Positions 16,047-25,788 of a stretch of DNA of 49,362 nucleotides are shown piece after piece; position 1 is the first letter of the stretch; every line of letters starts with the position of its first letter. Source of the stretch: Gammaproteobacteria bacterium (lineage in GTDB: Bacteria > Pseudomonadota > Gammaproteobacteria > UBA9214); assembly GCA_041552135.1 (NCBI GenBank), contig JBFELL010000001.1:1-49362 (forward strand), in the 5' to 3' direction. Both the position numbers and the translations under genes were made by a program. A model generated the notes under the pieces. That model did not search any database. It saw nothing but the letters and a program-made list of their open reading frames with translations, and was not told where the DNA came from.

Positions 16047-17105
16047 TCAGAAACCGTACTGCCAGCCAGCCGTCACATTCCACCGGGTCCTGAGCTGCGG
16101 CCCGTCCAGGTTCTGCCAGGCAGGGACACCGGCCTCGATGCCGAACGTGTGCCCCCGCAGAACACCGCTCTCGCCGGCATAGTTCACCCCCGCCAGCACA
16201 TCCAGGCGCTTGCCGCCGCGCAAATCCGGGTCCGCCGTCGGGACGACGTTCTTGTTGAGTTTCGGGTCCGCACCGTCAATGTCGCCCCACGCCTGCCCGT
16301 CGAGGCGTAGCGAGGCATTCCAGCCACGGGCGATGTCGCGCACCAGCCAGCCGGTGACATCCAGCCGGTTGCCGAGGCGATAGTCATTGTCATTCTCGTC
16401 CTGCAGGCGCACCGTACCCGTAGCCTGGCTGCCCCAGGCCCATTTCCCCGCCCGGCCCCCATAGGTCAGCCCGGCCACCAGGTCCCAGGTGCCGGAACCG
16501 AGTTGCATGGGATACGGCAGGCGCACCCTGCCCATCGGGGTGTTGTCCTTCTCATTGATACTGCCGGTGGGTGTGCTGATACCGAGATTCAGGTGAAGAT
16601 GCTGTGCATCCCATTGCCTCAAGCCGTACAGGGCCCCGAGGCGGACATCGCCGATCCCGCTCGAGCCGGTCGTAAAGGTCGTGCCCATGCGGGTGCGGTG
16701 GTCCATGGAGTTCTCGATATAGGGTGCCATGGCCATCAGGGTCAGGTTACCGGTCGGCGCGTACATCACCCCCAGCATGTGCATGTCCATGGTCATCTCG
16801 GTCGGTGTGACCATAAAGTTCTCCCCCGCGGGGGAAATGACCTGCTTGTTGCTGATGTGATTGCTGCCCTTGAGGCTGCCCTCCATGTCCATGTGCATGT
16901 AGCGGTAGGAAACCATCCAGTCACCTTGCGGATGGAGGTGGTCACCCATGACCCCGATCGGCGCGGCTGTGGCGTGACCGGCGTGACCGGCGTGACCGGC
17001 GTGACCGGCGTGACCGGCGTGACCGGCATGTGCATCATGCGTGTTCAGGGCGTGGGCGTTACCCGCAAGCGCGAACAACGCGACAAGTATGGCTGCTTGC
17101 TTCAT
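16047..17105 (-). CDS. Outer-membrane beta-barrel protein with N-terminal His-rich tract (resembles MetA-pathway/transporter-type barrels)
   Basis: Signal peptide MKQAAILVALFALAGNAHA followed by a (HAG)6 tract. Shows alternating beta-strand periodicity, ends in GWQYGF, and has GGAG upstream of ATG 17105. Confidence 0.75.
   Translation of the reverse strand: MKQAAILVALFALAGNAHALNTHDAHAGHAGHAGHAGHAGHAGHATAAPIGVMGDHLHPQGDWMVSYRYMHMDMEGSLKGSNHISNKQVISPAGENFMVTPTEMTMDMHMLGVMYAPTGNLTLMAMAPYIENSMDHRTRMGTTFTTGSSGIGDVRLGALYGLRQWDAQHLHLNLGISTPTGSINEKDNTPMGRVRLPYPMQLGSGTWDLVAGLTYGGRAGKWAWGSQATGTVRLQDENDNDYRLGNRLDVTGWLVRDIARGWNASLRLDGQAWGDIDGADPKLNKNVVPTADPDLRGGKRLDVLAGVNYAGESGVLRGHTFGIEAGVPAWQNLDGPQLRTRWNVTAGWQYGF
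16972..17025. repeat. Perfect 9-bp tandem repeat GCGTGACCG x6 inside the OMP gene
   Basis: Six identical units read directly from the sequence. They encode His-Ala-Gly x6 on the minus strand. Confidence 0.95.
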
Positions 17106-17496
17106 TCCGGAGAACTCCTGCGGGCGGTTTGTTTCTTGTGTCGATCCGGGAGAGCTTACACGGACAGGCAGGCGCTGGCACATGCGACAACTTGTCGTAC
17201 CCTGCGGAGCTTCCCGTAGCCGTGTCTCAGGCCATATCTCACTCCAGTAAACGACAATAGCTTACAGATCGCCGTTGCTGCCGATCTTCAGATCTGTATT
17301 TCTGCCGGCAGCCTTTCTCGCAAGCCCCTCGGGGGTCACCACCTCACCACCGCCATCCTGCTGCGGGTTCATGAAAGTGCGTTCAACCGCAGGTTATGCT
17401 TAACTTGACCCGATAGTTGCATAAATCTTGCCCTGAAAGCAGGTTTCGCCCCGCGATTTGCCGGGTAGTAATGAATATTTCATTATGCTTTCGGAG

Positions 17497-17573
17497 TTCA
17501 CCGTCAGCGAGGTCCTGGCACAGCACGGCAGGAGCGCCACCCCCGGCGCGAATCGCGGCGAGGCGCCGCTCCT
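17497..17573. repeat. 77-nt dispersed repeat, copy 1
   Basis: 68 of 77 positions are identical to 40373..40449, and the last 46 nt differ at one base. Contains an imperfect GGAGCGCC...GGCGCCGCTCC hairpin. Confidence 0.8.
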
Positions 17574-17742
17574 GGGGTAAGCTTTTTTTGCAATGATCGG
17601 GTTGACTGAAACGGTTGCGTCGTGGTGTTTCGCAGCAGGCGTACAGGGGCAAGGCAGGTACGGAGCGTGAATACCCGGATAGCGAGCGGCTACGGCCCGA
17701 CACGGGCGAATTCGACTGACAGGAAGAGCACCGGTTGTCACG

Positions 17743-19635
17743 ATGAACGATGAACCCGAAAAACCGGAAAAGTACCCGCCATGGGTAGCCTATGTACTGA
17801 TCGCCACCATACTGGCATTTGCCTATCTCGCATTTCAGCAAACGCCCCCCAGGGAACCGGGCTACGAGATTCCCTACAGCCGGTTCAAGGAACTTGCCCT
17901 GAAGGGGAACGTCGGTGAGATAGAGCTCAAGGGTGATATCGCCGAGGGAAGATTACGCTCGACCGAGGCGATTGGCCCGCAGGGTGAGACCGCACAACGA
18001 TTCAGCACGCGCATCCCGCCATTCGGGGATGAAACCCTGCTGCCATTACTCGAGGCGCAGGATGTCGAGGTCCGTGTCATTGGCGAGACCGGCAGAAAAG
18101 GCGCCATAGCCGTACTGCTGTCGTTACTCCCATGGTTATTTCTGATCCTGTTTTTCTACTGGGTATTCCAGCGGACGTCACGCGCCCTGGGTGGACGCGT
18201 GGGCGGTCCGGAGGAACTGAAGAGGTTTCTCGAGGCCCCGGCAAGGAAGGCGGAAGTCCCGCAGGTCACGTTCGCCGATGTGGCCGGCCAGGATAATGCC
18301 AAGCGGGAAGTCACCGAGGTGGTTGAATTCCTCAGGCATCCCGAAAGCTTCATCAAGCTGGGCGCGGAAATGCCGCGTGGCGTACTGCTGATGGGCGCAC
18401 CCGGCACCGGCAAGACCCTGCTGGCACGCGCGCTCGCCGGGGAAGCGGGGGTGCCGTTCTTCTCCATATCCGGATCCGAGTTCATTGAAGTCTTCGTCGG
18501 CGTCGGCGCCTCCCGGGTACGCCACCTGTTCGAGTCGGCGAAAAAGAATGCCCCCAGTATCGTGTTCGTCGACGAACTGGACAGCGTCGGGCGCACCCGT
18601 GGCACCGGACTGGGCGGCGGCCACGATGAACGCGAGCAGACCCTGAACCAGATCCTGGCGGAAATGGACGGTTTCAGCGGACACGAAGCCGTGATCGTGC
18701 TGGCGGCGACCAACCGGCCGGACGTCCTGGACCCCGCCCTGCTGAGACCGGGCCGCTTTGACCGCCATGTCGTGCTGGATCTGCCGGATCGCAAGGACCG
18801 GGGCGCAATCCTCAAGGTCCATACCCGCAAGGTACCGCTGGGCAGCGACGTCGACCTCGACGGGATAGCGGCCGGGACGCCGGGATTTTCCGGCGCCGAC
18901 ATCAAGAACCTGGTGAACGAGGCGGCAATGCTGGCCGCCAGGGAGAAACGCGCCGAGGTGATGATGCAGGACTTCGAGGAGGCGCGCGACAAGCTGCTGC
19001 TCGGCACGGTGCGCACCCTGGCAATCCAGCCGGAGGAGCAACATCGCCTGGCCGTGCATGAAGCGGGACATACGCTGGTGGCCTATTTCCTGCCCAACGC
19101 GGACTCGATCTACAAGGTGACCATCATTCCACGCGGCCATGCCCTCGGCGTCACCCAGCAGCTGCCGGAAGAGGAACGCCACACCCTGCCGGAAGAGTAT
19201 CTCCGCGACAGGCTGGCCGTGATCCTTGGCGGGCGCACCGCGGAGAAGGAACTCCTGGATACGGTCAGCAGCGGCGCCGATGATGATATCCAGCAGGCCA
19301 CGACACTGGCCCGTGCCATGGTGGCACGCTGGGGCATGTCCGAGGAGATCGGGCCGGTGGACTTGAGAGAAAGCGAGGAACACCCCTTTCTGGGACGCGA
19401 GATCGCGCAACCTCGCCGTTACAGCGAGCACTCCGCCGAGGCGGTGGATCATGCGGTACAGACCCTGTTGCGAGAGGCCGAACAGCGCGCCCGGACGGTG
19501 ATCCGGGAACATGGTGCTGAACTTGAGCGTCTGGTCGATGCCCTCAAGGAGGAAGAATCCCTGCATCGCGAACAGATCGAACACTGCCTCGGCCCGGTAG
19601 ACCGGCACAGGGGCCTGGTTGCCGGTTCAGACTGA
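17743..19635 (+). CDS. ftsH: ATP-dependent zinc metalloprotease FtsH
   Basis: N-terminal TM helices, Walker A GAPGTGKT, Walker B VFVDELD, and zinc site HEAGH. Confidence 0.95.
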   Translation: MNDEPEKPEKYPPWVAYVLIATILAFAYLAFQQTPPREPGYEIPYSRFKELALKGNVGEIELKGDIAEGRLRSTEAIGPQGETAQRFSTRIPPFGDETLLPLLEAQDVEVRVIGETGRKGAIAVLLSLLPWLFLILFFYWVFQRTSRALGGRVGGPEELKRFLEAPARKAEVPQVTFADVAGQDNAKREVTEVVEFLRHPESFIKLGAEMPRGVLLMGAPGTGKTLLARALAGEAGVPFFSISGSEFIEVFVGVGASRVRHLFESAKKNAPSIVFVDELDSVGRTRGTGLGGGHDEREQTLNQILAEMDGFSGHEAVIVLAATNRPDVLDPALLRPGRFDRHVVLDLPDRKDRGAILKVHTRKVPLGSDVDLDGIAAGTPGFSGADIKNLVNEAAMLAAREKRAEVMMQDFEEARDKLLLGTVRTLAIQPEEQHRLAVHEAGHTLVAYFLPNADSIYKVTIIPRGHALGVTQQLPEEERHTLPEEYLRDRLAVILGGRTAEKELLDTVSSGADDDIQQATTLARAMVARWGMSEEIGPVDLRESEEHPFLGREIAQPRRYSEHSAEAVDHAVQTLLREAEQRARTVIREHGAELERLVDALKEEESLHREQIEHCLGPVDRHRGLVAGSD

Positions 19636-19731
19636 CCACGGCGGCTGACAGGCCCGTCCCCGTTGCGCCCTGCCCGCGAGGCCGCATGCTGCAATCAACA
19701 ACCTTGCCATGGCCCAGGAGACAAGCCGCCC

Positions 19732-21075
19732 ATGTCGAACAGGAACAAAACCACACGCGTCCTTATCATGGGGGCTGCCGGTCGCGACTTTCACAATTTC
19801 AACATGGTGTATCGCGATGATCCGGCGAGCGAGGTCATTGCCTTTACCGCCGCCCAGATCCCTGAAATCGCCGCACGCCGCTATCCCGCATCACTTGCCG
19901 GCCCCCGCTACCCGGAAGGAATTCCGGTTATTGAAGAAAGGCAGCTGGAGGCCCTGTGCCGTGACCGGCATATCGATCAGGTTGTCTTTTCCTACAGCGA
20001 CGTAAGCCACGCCCTGGTCATGCACAAGGCCTCCATCACGCTGGCTACGGGCGCGGATTTCCTGTTACTGGGCCCGGAGCGAACCATGCTGCAGGCCAGT
20101 GTACCGGTGATCGCCGTCTCTGCCGTCAGGACCGGCTGCGGCAAATCGCAGACCACCCGCTGGCTGTCACGCCTGCTGAAGAAGCGTGGCCTGCGGGTCG
20201 CAGTCATCCGCCACCCGATGCCCTATGGCGAACTCGAACGCCAGGCCATTCAGCGCTTCTCCTCGCCGGATGATCTCGATGCGGCCGACTGCACCATCGA
20301 GGAACGGGAGGAGTACGAACCTCACCTGGCGCTTGGCAATGTGGTCTACGCCGGTGTCGATTACGCCGGAATCACACGGGATGCCGGAGCGGAAGCCGAT
20401 GTGATCCTCTGGGATGGCGGCAATAACGATTTCCCGTTCCTGCGCCCCGACCTGCACATCGTGCTGGTCGATCCGCTGCGACCGGGCAACGAGACGACCC
20501 ATCACCCGGGCGAGGCCGTGCTGCGCATGGCCGACATCGTCATCGTGGCCAAGGTGAACTCGGCCTCGGATGCGGACATTCAGCACGTCACGGACAACGC
20601 CCGCCGCATCAATCCCGGGGCGACCGTGGTGTGCGGCGCCTCACCGGTACAGCTGGAAGATCCCGCGGCGATACGCGGCAGGCGCGTCCTCGTCGTCGAG
20701 GACGGACCGAGCATCACGCACGGTGGCATGCCCTACGGGGCGGGTTATGTGGCAGCCACCGAGGCCGAGGCGGCCGAGATCGTCGATCCCCGCAGTACCG
20801 CGGTTGGAGAAATCTCCGCGCTCTACCGGCAGTACCCGCATATCGGCGCGGTGCTGCCGGCCGTTGGCTACCACCCGTCGCAACTGCGGGCCCTGGGCGA
20901 GACCATCAACGCAACGGCGGCGGATATCGTGGTCGCGGCCACCACCTGCAAGCTCGATACACTGATCGATATCAACAAACCCGTGGTGTGTGCCCGCTAT
21001 GAATTCGCCGAAGCCGGCGATCCCGGGCTCGGCAGCCTGGTCGAGGCCTTTCTCGGGGAACGGCACCTCGGCTAG
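19732..21075 (+). CDS. P-loop protein of the COG2403 / cyclic 2,3-diphosphoglycerate synthetase-like family
   Basis: N-terminus [16 protein letters not shown] and P-loop [11 protein letters not shown]. The start is set at ATG 19732, which has AGGAGA upstream. Confidence 0.7.
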   Translation: MSNRNKTTRVLIMGAAGRDFHNFNMVYRDDPASEVIAFTAAQIPEIAARRYPASLAGPRYPEGIPVIEERQLEALCRDRHIDQVVFSYSDVSHALVMHKASITLATGADFLLLGPERTMLQASVPVIAVSAVRTGCGKSQTTRWLSRLLKKRGLRVAVIRHPMPYGELERQAIQRFSSPDDLDAADCTIEEREEYEPHLALGNVVYAGVDYAGITRDAGAEADVILWDGGNNDFPFLRPDLHIVLVDPLRPGNETTHHPGEAVLRMADIVIVAKVNSASDADIQHVTDNARRINPGATVVCGASPVQLEDPAAIRGRRVLVVEDGPSITHGGMPYGAGYVAATEAEAAEIVDPRSTAVGEISALYRQYPHIGAVLPAVGYHPSQLRALGETINATAADIVVAATTCKLDTLIDINKPVVCARYEFAEAGDPGLGSLVEAFLGERHLG

Positions 21076-22004
21076 TCCCACCAGGACGTATCGGCCGCCT
21101 CCCGGGTGACCAGCGTCCCGGCCTCACCGGTGAGGATGGCGCGGGCATCCGCCAGGCGCCCGATACCGGCCGTGCCACCGGTCTGCTCGACAAACTCGCA
21201 GGCCGCCGTGACCTTGGGTCCCATGGAACCGGGCGCGAAGGACATTTCACGCATGGCCCGTGGGCCGAGTCGCCGCAGGCGCCGTGCCGCCGGCTCCCCC
21301 CAGTGTGCATGCACGGCATCGACGTCGGTCAGCATCAGCAAGACATCCGCCCGCAGTTCACGCGCCAGCAGGCTACTGGCCAGATCCTTGTCGATCACCG
21401 CCTCGACACCGGCGAGGCTGCCATCCGTACGGCAGACAACGGGGATCCCGCCGCCGCCGGCACAGATCACGATCACACCCTGGTCGACCAGCATCCGGAT
21501 CACCTCCAGCTCGAGGATCCGCAGTGGCCGCGGCGACGGCACCAGGCGGCGGAAATACGCACCGTCATGGCCAATATGCCAGCCCCGCGCGGCCGCCAGG
21601 CGCCGCGCCTCGGCCTCCGCGTACACCGCGCCGATCGGCTTGCTCGGGCGGCGGAAGGCAGGGTCTGCGGGGTCCACCTCGATCTGGGTCAGCAGGGTCG
21701 CACAGCGGCGTCCGGCGGGCAGATGGTTGGCCAGTTCCTGCTCGATCAGGTAGCCGATCATGCCTTCGGTTTCCGCATCCAGGATATCCAGGGGATAGGC
21801 CGCATCCGGCTGGCCGGCGGCGCCCTGCTGCGCCAGCAGGCCGACCTGTGGCCCGTTGCCGTGAGAGATCACCAGTTCGTGCTCACCGGCAATCGGCGCC
21901 ATGGCCGCCGCGGCGATCTGCACGTTGCGGCGCTGGTTCTCCGCCGTCAGTGATTCGCCGCGATGCAGCAGGGCATTACCGCCGAGGGCGATGACAATAC
22001 GCAT
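21072..22004 (-). CDS. arcC: Carbamate kinase
   Basis: [14 protein letters not shown]-terminus and 310 aa, the typical carbamate kinase layout. Confidence 0.9.
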   Translation of the reverse strand: MRIVIALGGNALLHRGESLTAENQRRNVQIAAAAMAPIAGEHELVISHGNGPQVGLLAQQGAAGQPDAAYPLDILDAETEGMIGYLIEQELANHLPAGRRCATLLTQIEVDPADPAFRRPSKPIGAVYAEAEARRLAAARGWHIGHDGAYFRRLVPSPRPLRILELEVIRMLVDQGVIVICAGGGGIPVVCRTDGSLAGVEAVIDKDLASSLLARELRADVLLMLTDVDAVHAHWGEPAARRLRRLGPRAMREMSFAPGSMGPKVTAACEFVEQTGGTAGIGRLADARAILTGEAGTLVTREAADTSWWD

Positions 22005-22131
22005 GGCCTAGCCCGGATTTCCCGCCGGGACAGGCATTGCCTGCTTACACGCCGTCAATTGATCATTCTCCACGCCTTCCTCTTCCTCAATAGCTTACAA
22101 TTACACACCGCCGACCGCTGAGAAAACCGGG

Positions 22132-23130
22132 CTAGCTGCCCAGGGTCGCCACCATCACGGCCTTGATGGTGTGCAGGCGATTCTCGGCCTGGTCGAAGAC
22201 GATCGCGGCCCCGGACTCGAATACCTCATCGGTGACCTCCATGGCCTCCAGGCCGTACTTGCGGAAGATCTCGGCACCGATCCGCGTCTCGCGGTTGTGA
22301 AACGCCGGCAGGCAGTGCATGAACTTCACGGCGGGGTTTCCGGTCATCTCCAGCACCCGGCTGTTAACCTGATAGGGCGTGAGCAGCCGGATGCGCTCCT
22401 CCCAGACCGAGTCGGGTTCGCCCATCGAGACCCAGACATCGGTGTAGAGAAAATCAGCACCCCGGACCGCGCCGGCGATATCCCCGGTCAATGTCAGACG
22501 GGCGCCGGTCTCGCGGGCGATCGCCTGACATGCGCTCACCAGCGCCGCCTCCGGCTGCAGTGCAAGGGGTGCGGCGATGCGGAAATCCATACCCGTCTTC
22601 GCCGCCCCGACCAGCAGCGAGTCACCCATATTGCCGCGCGCATCGCCCAGGTAGCACAGGGAAATCGCCTCGAGGGGCTTGCGCGAGTGCTCCGTCATGG
22701 TCAGCAGATCCGCCAGCACCTGCGTCGGGTGGTATTCCCCGGTCAGGCCATTCCAGACCGGCACCCCGCAGCGGCCCAGTTCCTCGACCGTCGCCTGGTC
22801 GAAACCGCGGTATTCGATCCCGTCGTACAGGCGCGCCAGTACGCGTGCCGTATCCTTCATTGTCTCCTTGGCGCCGATCTGGGTACCCGTGGGGCCGAGG
22901 TAGGTGACGTTCGCGCCCTGGTCATAGGCCGCCACCTCGAAGGCGCAGCGGGTGCGCGTGGAGGTCTTCTCGAAGATCAGCGCAATATTCCTGCCTTGCA
23001 GGCGCGGCTGCTCGGTACCGGCCTGTTTCGCCGCCTTCAGCTCCCGGGCAAGCTCCAGCAGAAAGCGGATCTCCCCGGGGGTGAAATCCAGCAGCTTGAG
23101 AAAGTTCCGGTTCCTGAGATTGAATGTCAT
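22132..23130 (-). CDS. argF: Ornithine carbamoyltransferase (context suggests catabolic, ArcB-like role)
   Basis: Carbamoyl-phosphate motif [13 protein letters not shown], plus HPTQ and FMHCLPAFH. Confidence 0.95.
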   Translation of the reverse strand: MTFNLRNRNFLKLLDFTPGEIRFLLELARELKAAKQAGTEQPRLQGRNIALIFEKTSTRTRCAFEVAAYDQGANVTYLGPTGTQIGAKETMKDTARVLARLYDGIEYRGFDQATVEELGRCGVPVWNGLTGEYHPTQVLADLLTMTEHSRKPLEAISLCYLGDARGNMGDSLLVGAAKTGMDFRIAAPLALQPEAALVSACQAIARETGARLTLTGDIAGAVRGADFLYTDVWVSMGEPDSVWEERIRLLTPYQVNSRVLEMTGNPAVKFMHCLPAFHNRETRIGAEIFRKYGLEAMEVTDEVFESGAAIVFDQAENRLHTIKAVMVATLGS

Positions 23131-23230
23131 GATATAAATCCGTGCAGGTCGCTCAACCCGTGCTCCCGGACTTCGCCGGATGTGTCCTTTCGGGCACTAT
23201 CGAGGTTTGCATAATTGCTGAACGTCGCAG

Positions 23231-23260
23231 GTTGGGTTAGCCCGAAGGGCGTAACCCGAC
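23231..23260. repeat. REP-like GC-rich hairpin
   Basis: GTTGGGTTA-GCCC-gaa-GGGC-GTAACCCGAC, a nested stem. Confidence 0.6.
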
Positions 23261-23350
23261 ATGATGACATACCCCTCGGGTTACGGCGCTGACGTGCCTG
23301 ACCCGAATGGCACTTACTTACGTGATGTCGTCCCCATTGACCTCCAATTC

Positions 23351-23431
23351 GCCACGGAAGCACACGGAAAAACACGGAATATTCATTAACCATAGTGATT
23401 GCTTCCGTGTGATTCGGTGTGATTCCGTGGC
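23351..23431. repeat. 81-nt imperfect inverted repeat built from CACGGAA / TTCCGTG heptamers
   Basis: The left arm has 3 copies of CACGGAA. The right arm has 3 copies of TTCCGTG, one of them degenerate. The central loop is about 20 nt. Confidence 0.7.
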
Positions 23432-23433
23432 TA

Positions 23434-23447
23434 TTGATCAGGATCAG
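23434..23447. promoter_or_regulatory. FNR/ANR-type box TTGAT-CAGG-ATCAG
   Basis: Matches TTGAT-N4-ATCAA at 9 of 10 positions. It lies in the spacer upstream of argF-arcC, about 300 nt from the argF start. Confidence 0.35.
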
Positions 23448-23541
23448 GGCTCAAGTCAGTGCCATTGCGCCTGACCCGACCCACCTTCAGCATCTGTTCA
23501 GTATTTATGCAAAGCTCAATAATGCAAACACCACCGCGCTA

Positions 23542-24675
23542 TCAACCCGTTCCGGTCACTTCCCGCGGAACACGCTGTGCGATACGTGTAACGATCTCAT
23601 AGTTGATGGTACCCAGTCTCCCCGCCAGTTCATCCGCGCTCACCTCCTCATCACCCTGGCGACCGATGAGCACCACCTCGTCGCCGGATGCGACCCTGCC
23701 GCGCAGCGCGGTCACATCGACCAGACTCTGGTCCATGGTGATGCTGCCGACCTGTGGACAGCGCACCCCGTGCACCAGGACCTCGAGATTATTGGAGAGG
23801 CTGCGGCTGAGTCCGTCCCCGTAGCCAACCGGCAGCGTGGCGATGAGCGAGGCGCGCCGGGTGTGGAACCGGTGCCCGTAGCTCAGTCCCGTACCGGCAG
23901 GGACCTCCTTGAGAAAGGTGATGCGCGTCTTCCACTCGAGCACCGGCCTGAGTTCCGCCACCCGCGGATTGGCGATCTCCCGCGAGGGGCGCAGGCCATA
24001 GATCGCGATACCGGGGCGCACGGCATCAAGGCCTGCCTCCGGCAGGTCGAAGATCGCGGCACTGTTGGCCATGTGGCAGACCTCGACCCCGCAGGCCCGG
24101 CCGGCAGCCACCACCGCCCGGAACTGCGCCAAACCGGCACGGGACAGTGTCTTGTCCGCCTCGTCGGCACAGGGAAAATGGCTCATCAGGCCCCGCACCT
24201 GCACCGCGGGATATGCCCGGCAGCGCTCGAGAAAACCGCTCACCTCCTGCGGCCGGATACCGATGCGACCCATGCCGGTATCGACCTTGAGCTGGACTGC
24301 GACCGGTTTCCCGGCCCGCTGCGCGGCCCGCGCCAGCGCCGCCACCATCTCGAGGGTACACACGACCGGTTCGCAACCGCAGGCAACGATCGCCTCACTG
24401 TGCTCGGGCAGTGTCGCCGAGAGCAGCAGCAGGCGTGCCGCCACACCCGCCCCGGCCAGTTCCAGGGCCTCGCTCACATGGGCGACGCAAAGCGTATCGT
24501 AACCACGACTGACCAGGTGCCGGGCAATGATCTCCAGGCCGTGACCGTAGGCATTCGCCTTGATGGCCGGCCACATCGGTCGCGACCCGGCGAGTTCCTG
24601 CAACAACCCCAGGTTGTGGTCAAGCCGCTCGAGATGGATACAGGCCCGGGTCAGGTGACGTGCCTCTGGCAGCAT
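23542..24675 (-). CDS. alr: Alanine racemase
   Basis: PLP-lysine motif AIKANAYGHG, plus VDTGMGRIG and GLSYGH. 377 aa. Confidence 0.9.
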   Translation of the reverse strand: MLPEARHLTRACIHLERLDHNLGLLQELAGSRPMWPAIKANAYGHGLEIIARHLVSRGYDTLCVAHVSEALELAGAGVAARLLLLSATLPEHSEAIVACGCEPVVCTLEMVAALARAAQRAGKPVAVQLKVDTGMGRIGIRPQEVSGFLERCRAYPAVQVRGLMSHFPCADEADKTLSRAGLAQFRAVVAAGRACGVEVCHMANSAAIFDLPEAGLDAVRPGIAIYGLRPSREIANPRVAELRPVLEWKTRITFLKEVPAGTGLSYGHRFHTRRASLIATLPVGYGDGLSRSLSNNLEVLVHGVRCPQVGSITMDQSLVDVTALRGRVASGDEVVLIGRQGDEEVSADELAGRLGTINYEIVTRIAQRVPREVTGTG

Positions 24676-24678
24676 GTC

Positions 24679-25785
24679 TCAGCCCTCCCCCGCGTCAGGT
24701 GCGAAAGGTGCGGACTTTTCCAGCGCCTGCTTGCTGACATAGTCCGACGTCATGGCCGTGAGCAGGGCGCTGTAGTTCAGCGAGAAGGCCAGCGTGTCGC
24801 CGACCCGGATGCCGTCCCCGGCCGGGGTGGCGTCGACCACCAGATAGCCGCTGGAGGCACCGAGGACCGTCAGGCGCGAATCGAGCGGCGCTATCCCGCT
24901 GACATCCACATCCTCGCGTCCCACGTTCAGCAGTGCACGCAGCATCTCGCCCTGGTCCTCGAAGCGTGGCAGCCGGCCGAAGGCGTCCTCGCCCCGGGCG
25001 CCCTGCGGCAGCGACGGCTTGCGCTTCAGCTCCAGCACCTCGGCGTGCAGGATGAAGGCATCCTGCGCGGTCCCGGGCCATGGCCTGCGCCGCGTCGTCT
25101 CCCTTCCGAGCAGAATGGCCTCACCGATGCGCGCATGATTGACCTGCGCGGGCATGCGGCCGGCCCGGATGAGTTCGAGTCCGCTGGAATTGATCCCCGA
25201 AAGCCACTCCAGGCCCAGGCCGAAGCGGCGCTCGATTTCCCGGCCCAGCGCCACCAGCTGCTGCATGTTGTCCTCGTCGGGCACCACGCCGGCGAAGCAG
25301 GCGAGGTTGGCGCCCAGCCCGCGGATGCGAATGCCGGGCAGCTTCACTGCCTGCTCCGTCAGGGGAAGCAGGTCCTGCGGCAGGATGCCCTCTCGCAGGT
25401 CGCCGAGGTCCACCATCAGCATCACGTCGTGAACCCTGCCCCGGCGCCGGGCCGCCGCTGACAGGGCGGCCAGGACGGCGAGCTCCGAATTGAGGCTGAT
25501 GTCCACGGCCTCCACGACCTCCCCGACACGCGAGAGCGGCGGGATCCTCAGCAGCATCAGGGGGGTGCGAAGACCGTCGGCCCTGAGACGCTGTATGTTT
25601 TCCAGGCGCGAGTCGGCGATCGCACTCACACCGCCGCGCAACATGGCCCGGGCGACGCCGGGGTGACCACAGGTCACCTTGGTCACGCCCGCCACATCGA
25701 TGCCGCGCCCCTCGCACAGCCCGACGATACGGCGGGCATTGTGTTCGATCTTGTCGAGATCGATCGTCAGGCAGGGGGAATCCAT
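24679..25785 (-). CDS. orr: Ornithine racemase-like PLP enzyme (COG3457 type)
   Basis: The N-terminus DLDKIEHNARRIVGLCEGRGIDVAGVTKVTCGHPGVARAML...ADSRLENIQRL matches the Orr pattern as I remember it. The position next to oraE supports the call. Confidence 0.75.
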   Translation of the reverse strand: MDSPCLTIDLDKIEHNARRIVGLCEGRGIDVAGVTKVTCGHPGVARAMLRGGVSAIADSRLENIQRLRADGLRTPLMLLRIPPLSRVGEVVEAVDISLNSELAVLAALSAAARRRGRVHDVMLMVDLGDLREGILPQDLLPLTEQAVKLPGIRIRGLGANLACFAGVVPDEDNMQQLVALGREIERRFGLGLEWLSGINSSGLELIRAGRMPAQVNHARIGEAILLGRETTRRRPWPGTAQDAFILHAEVLELKRKPSLPQGARGEDAFGRLPRFEDQGEMLRALLNVGREDVDVSGIAPLDSRLTVLGASSGYLVVDATPAGDGIRVGDTLAFSLNYSALLTAMTSDYVSKQALEKSAPFAPDAGEG

Positions 25786-25788
25786 GTC

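Noticed and set aside
16972-17025. Tandem 9-mers (and the heptamer arrays at 23351..23431) as a possible CRISPR array
   Set aside because: The units are 7-9 nt with no spacers. One lies inside a coding region and the other is a palindrome. No cas genes are present.
17258-17270. 12-nt identity CAATAGCTTACA shared with 22089..22100
   Set aside because: Dozens of 12-mer matches are expected by chance within 49 kb on two strands. There is no extended similarity around them.
17262-17372. 36-aa minus-strand ORF MNPQQDGGGEVVTPEGLARKAAGRNTDLKIGSNGDL upstream of the OMP gene
   Set aside because: It has no Shine-Dalgarno sequence, no hydrophobic or Cys pattern and no recognisable family. It cannot be distinguished from a chance ORF.
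17514-17530. Sigma-54-like TGGCAC-N5-GGCA inside the 77-nt repeat (a similar GGCGC-N5-TGCA occurs in copy 2)
   Set aside because: The -12 element is out of register by one base: its GC falls one position early relative to TGGCAC-N5-TTGC. Sigma-54 spacing is strict.
18178-19608. 476-aa minus-strand ORF (plus the 286-aa ORF 18156..19016)
   Set aside because: It lies antisense to ftsH, whose Walker A/B and HEAGH motifs are unambiguous.
23375-23392. Possible ArgR ARG box in the loop of the heptamer inverted repeat (GGAATATTCATTAA)
   Set aside because: The GAAT and ATTC halves are directly abutted, without the 4 W bases of TGAAT-W4-ATTCA. It does not fit the 18-bp ARG box.
23419-25461. 680-aa plus-strand ORF
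   Set aside because: It lies antisense to alr and orr, which have clear family motifs. Its translation is Arg/Gly/Pro/Ala-rich with no motifs. It is a typical shadow ORF in GC-rich DNA.
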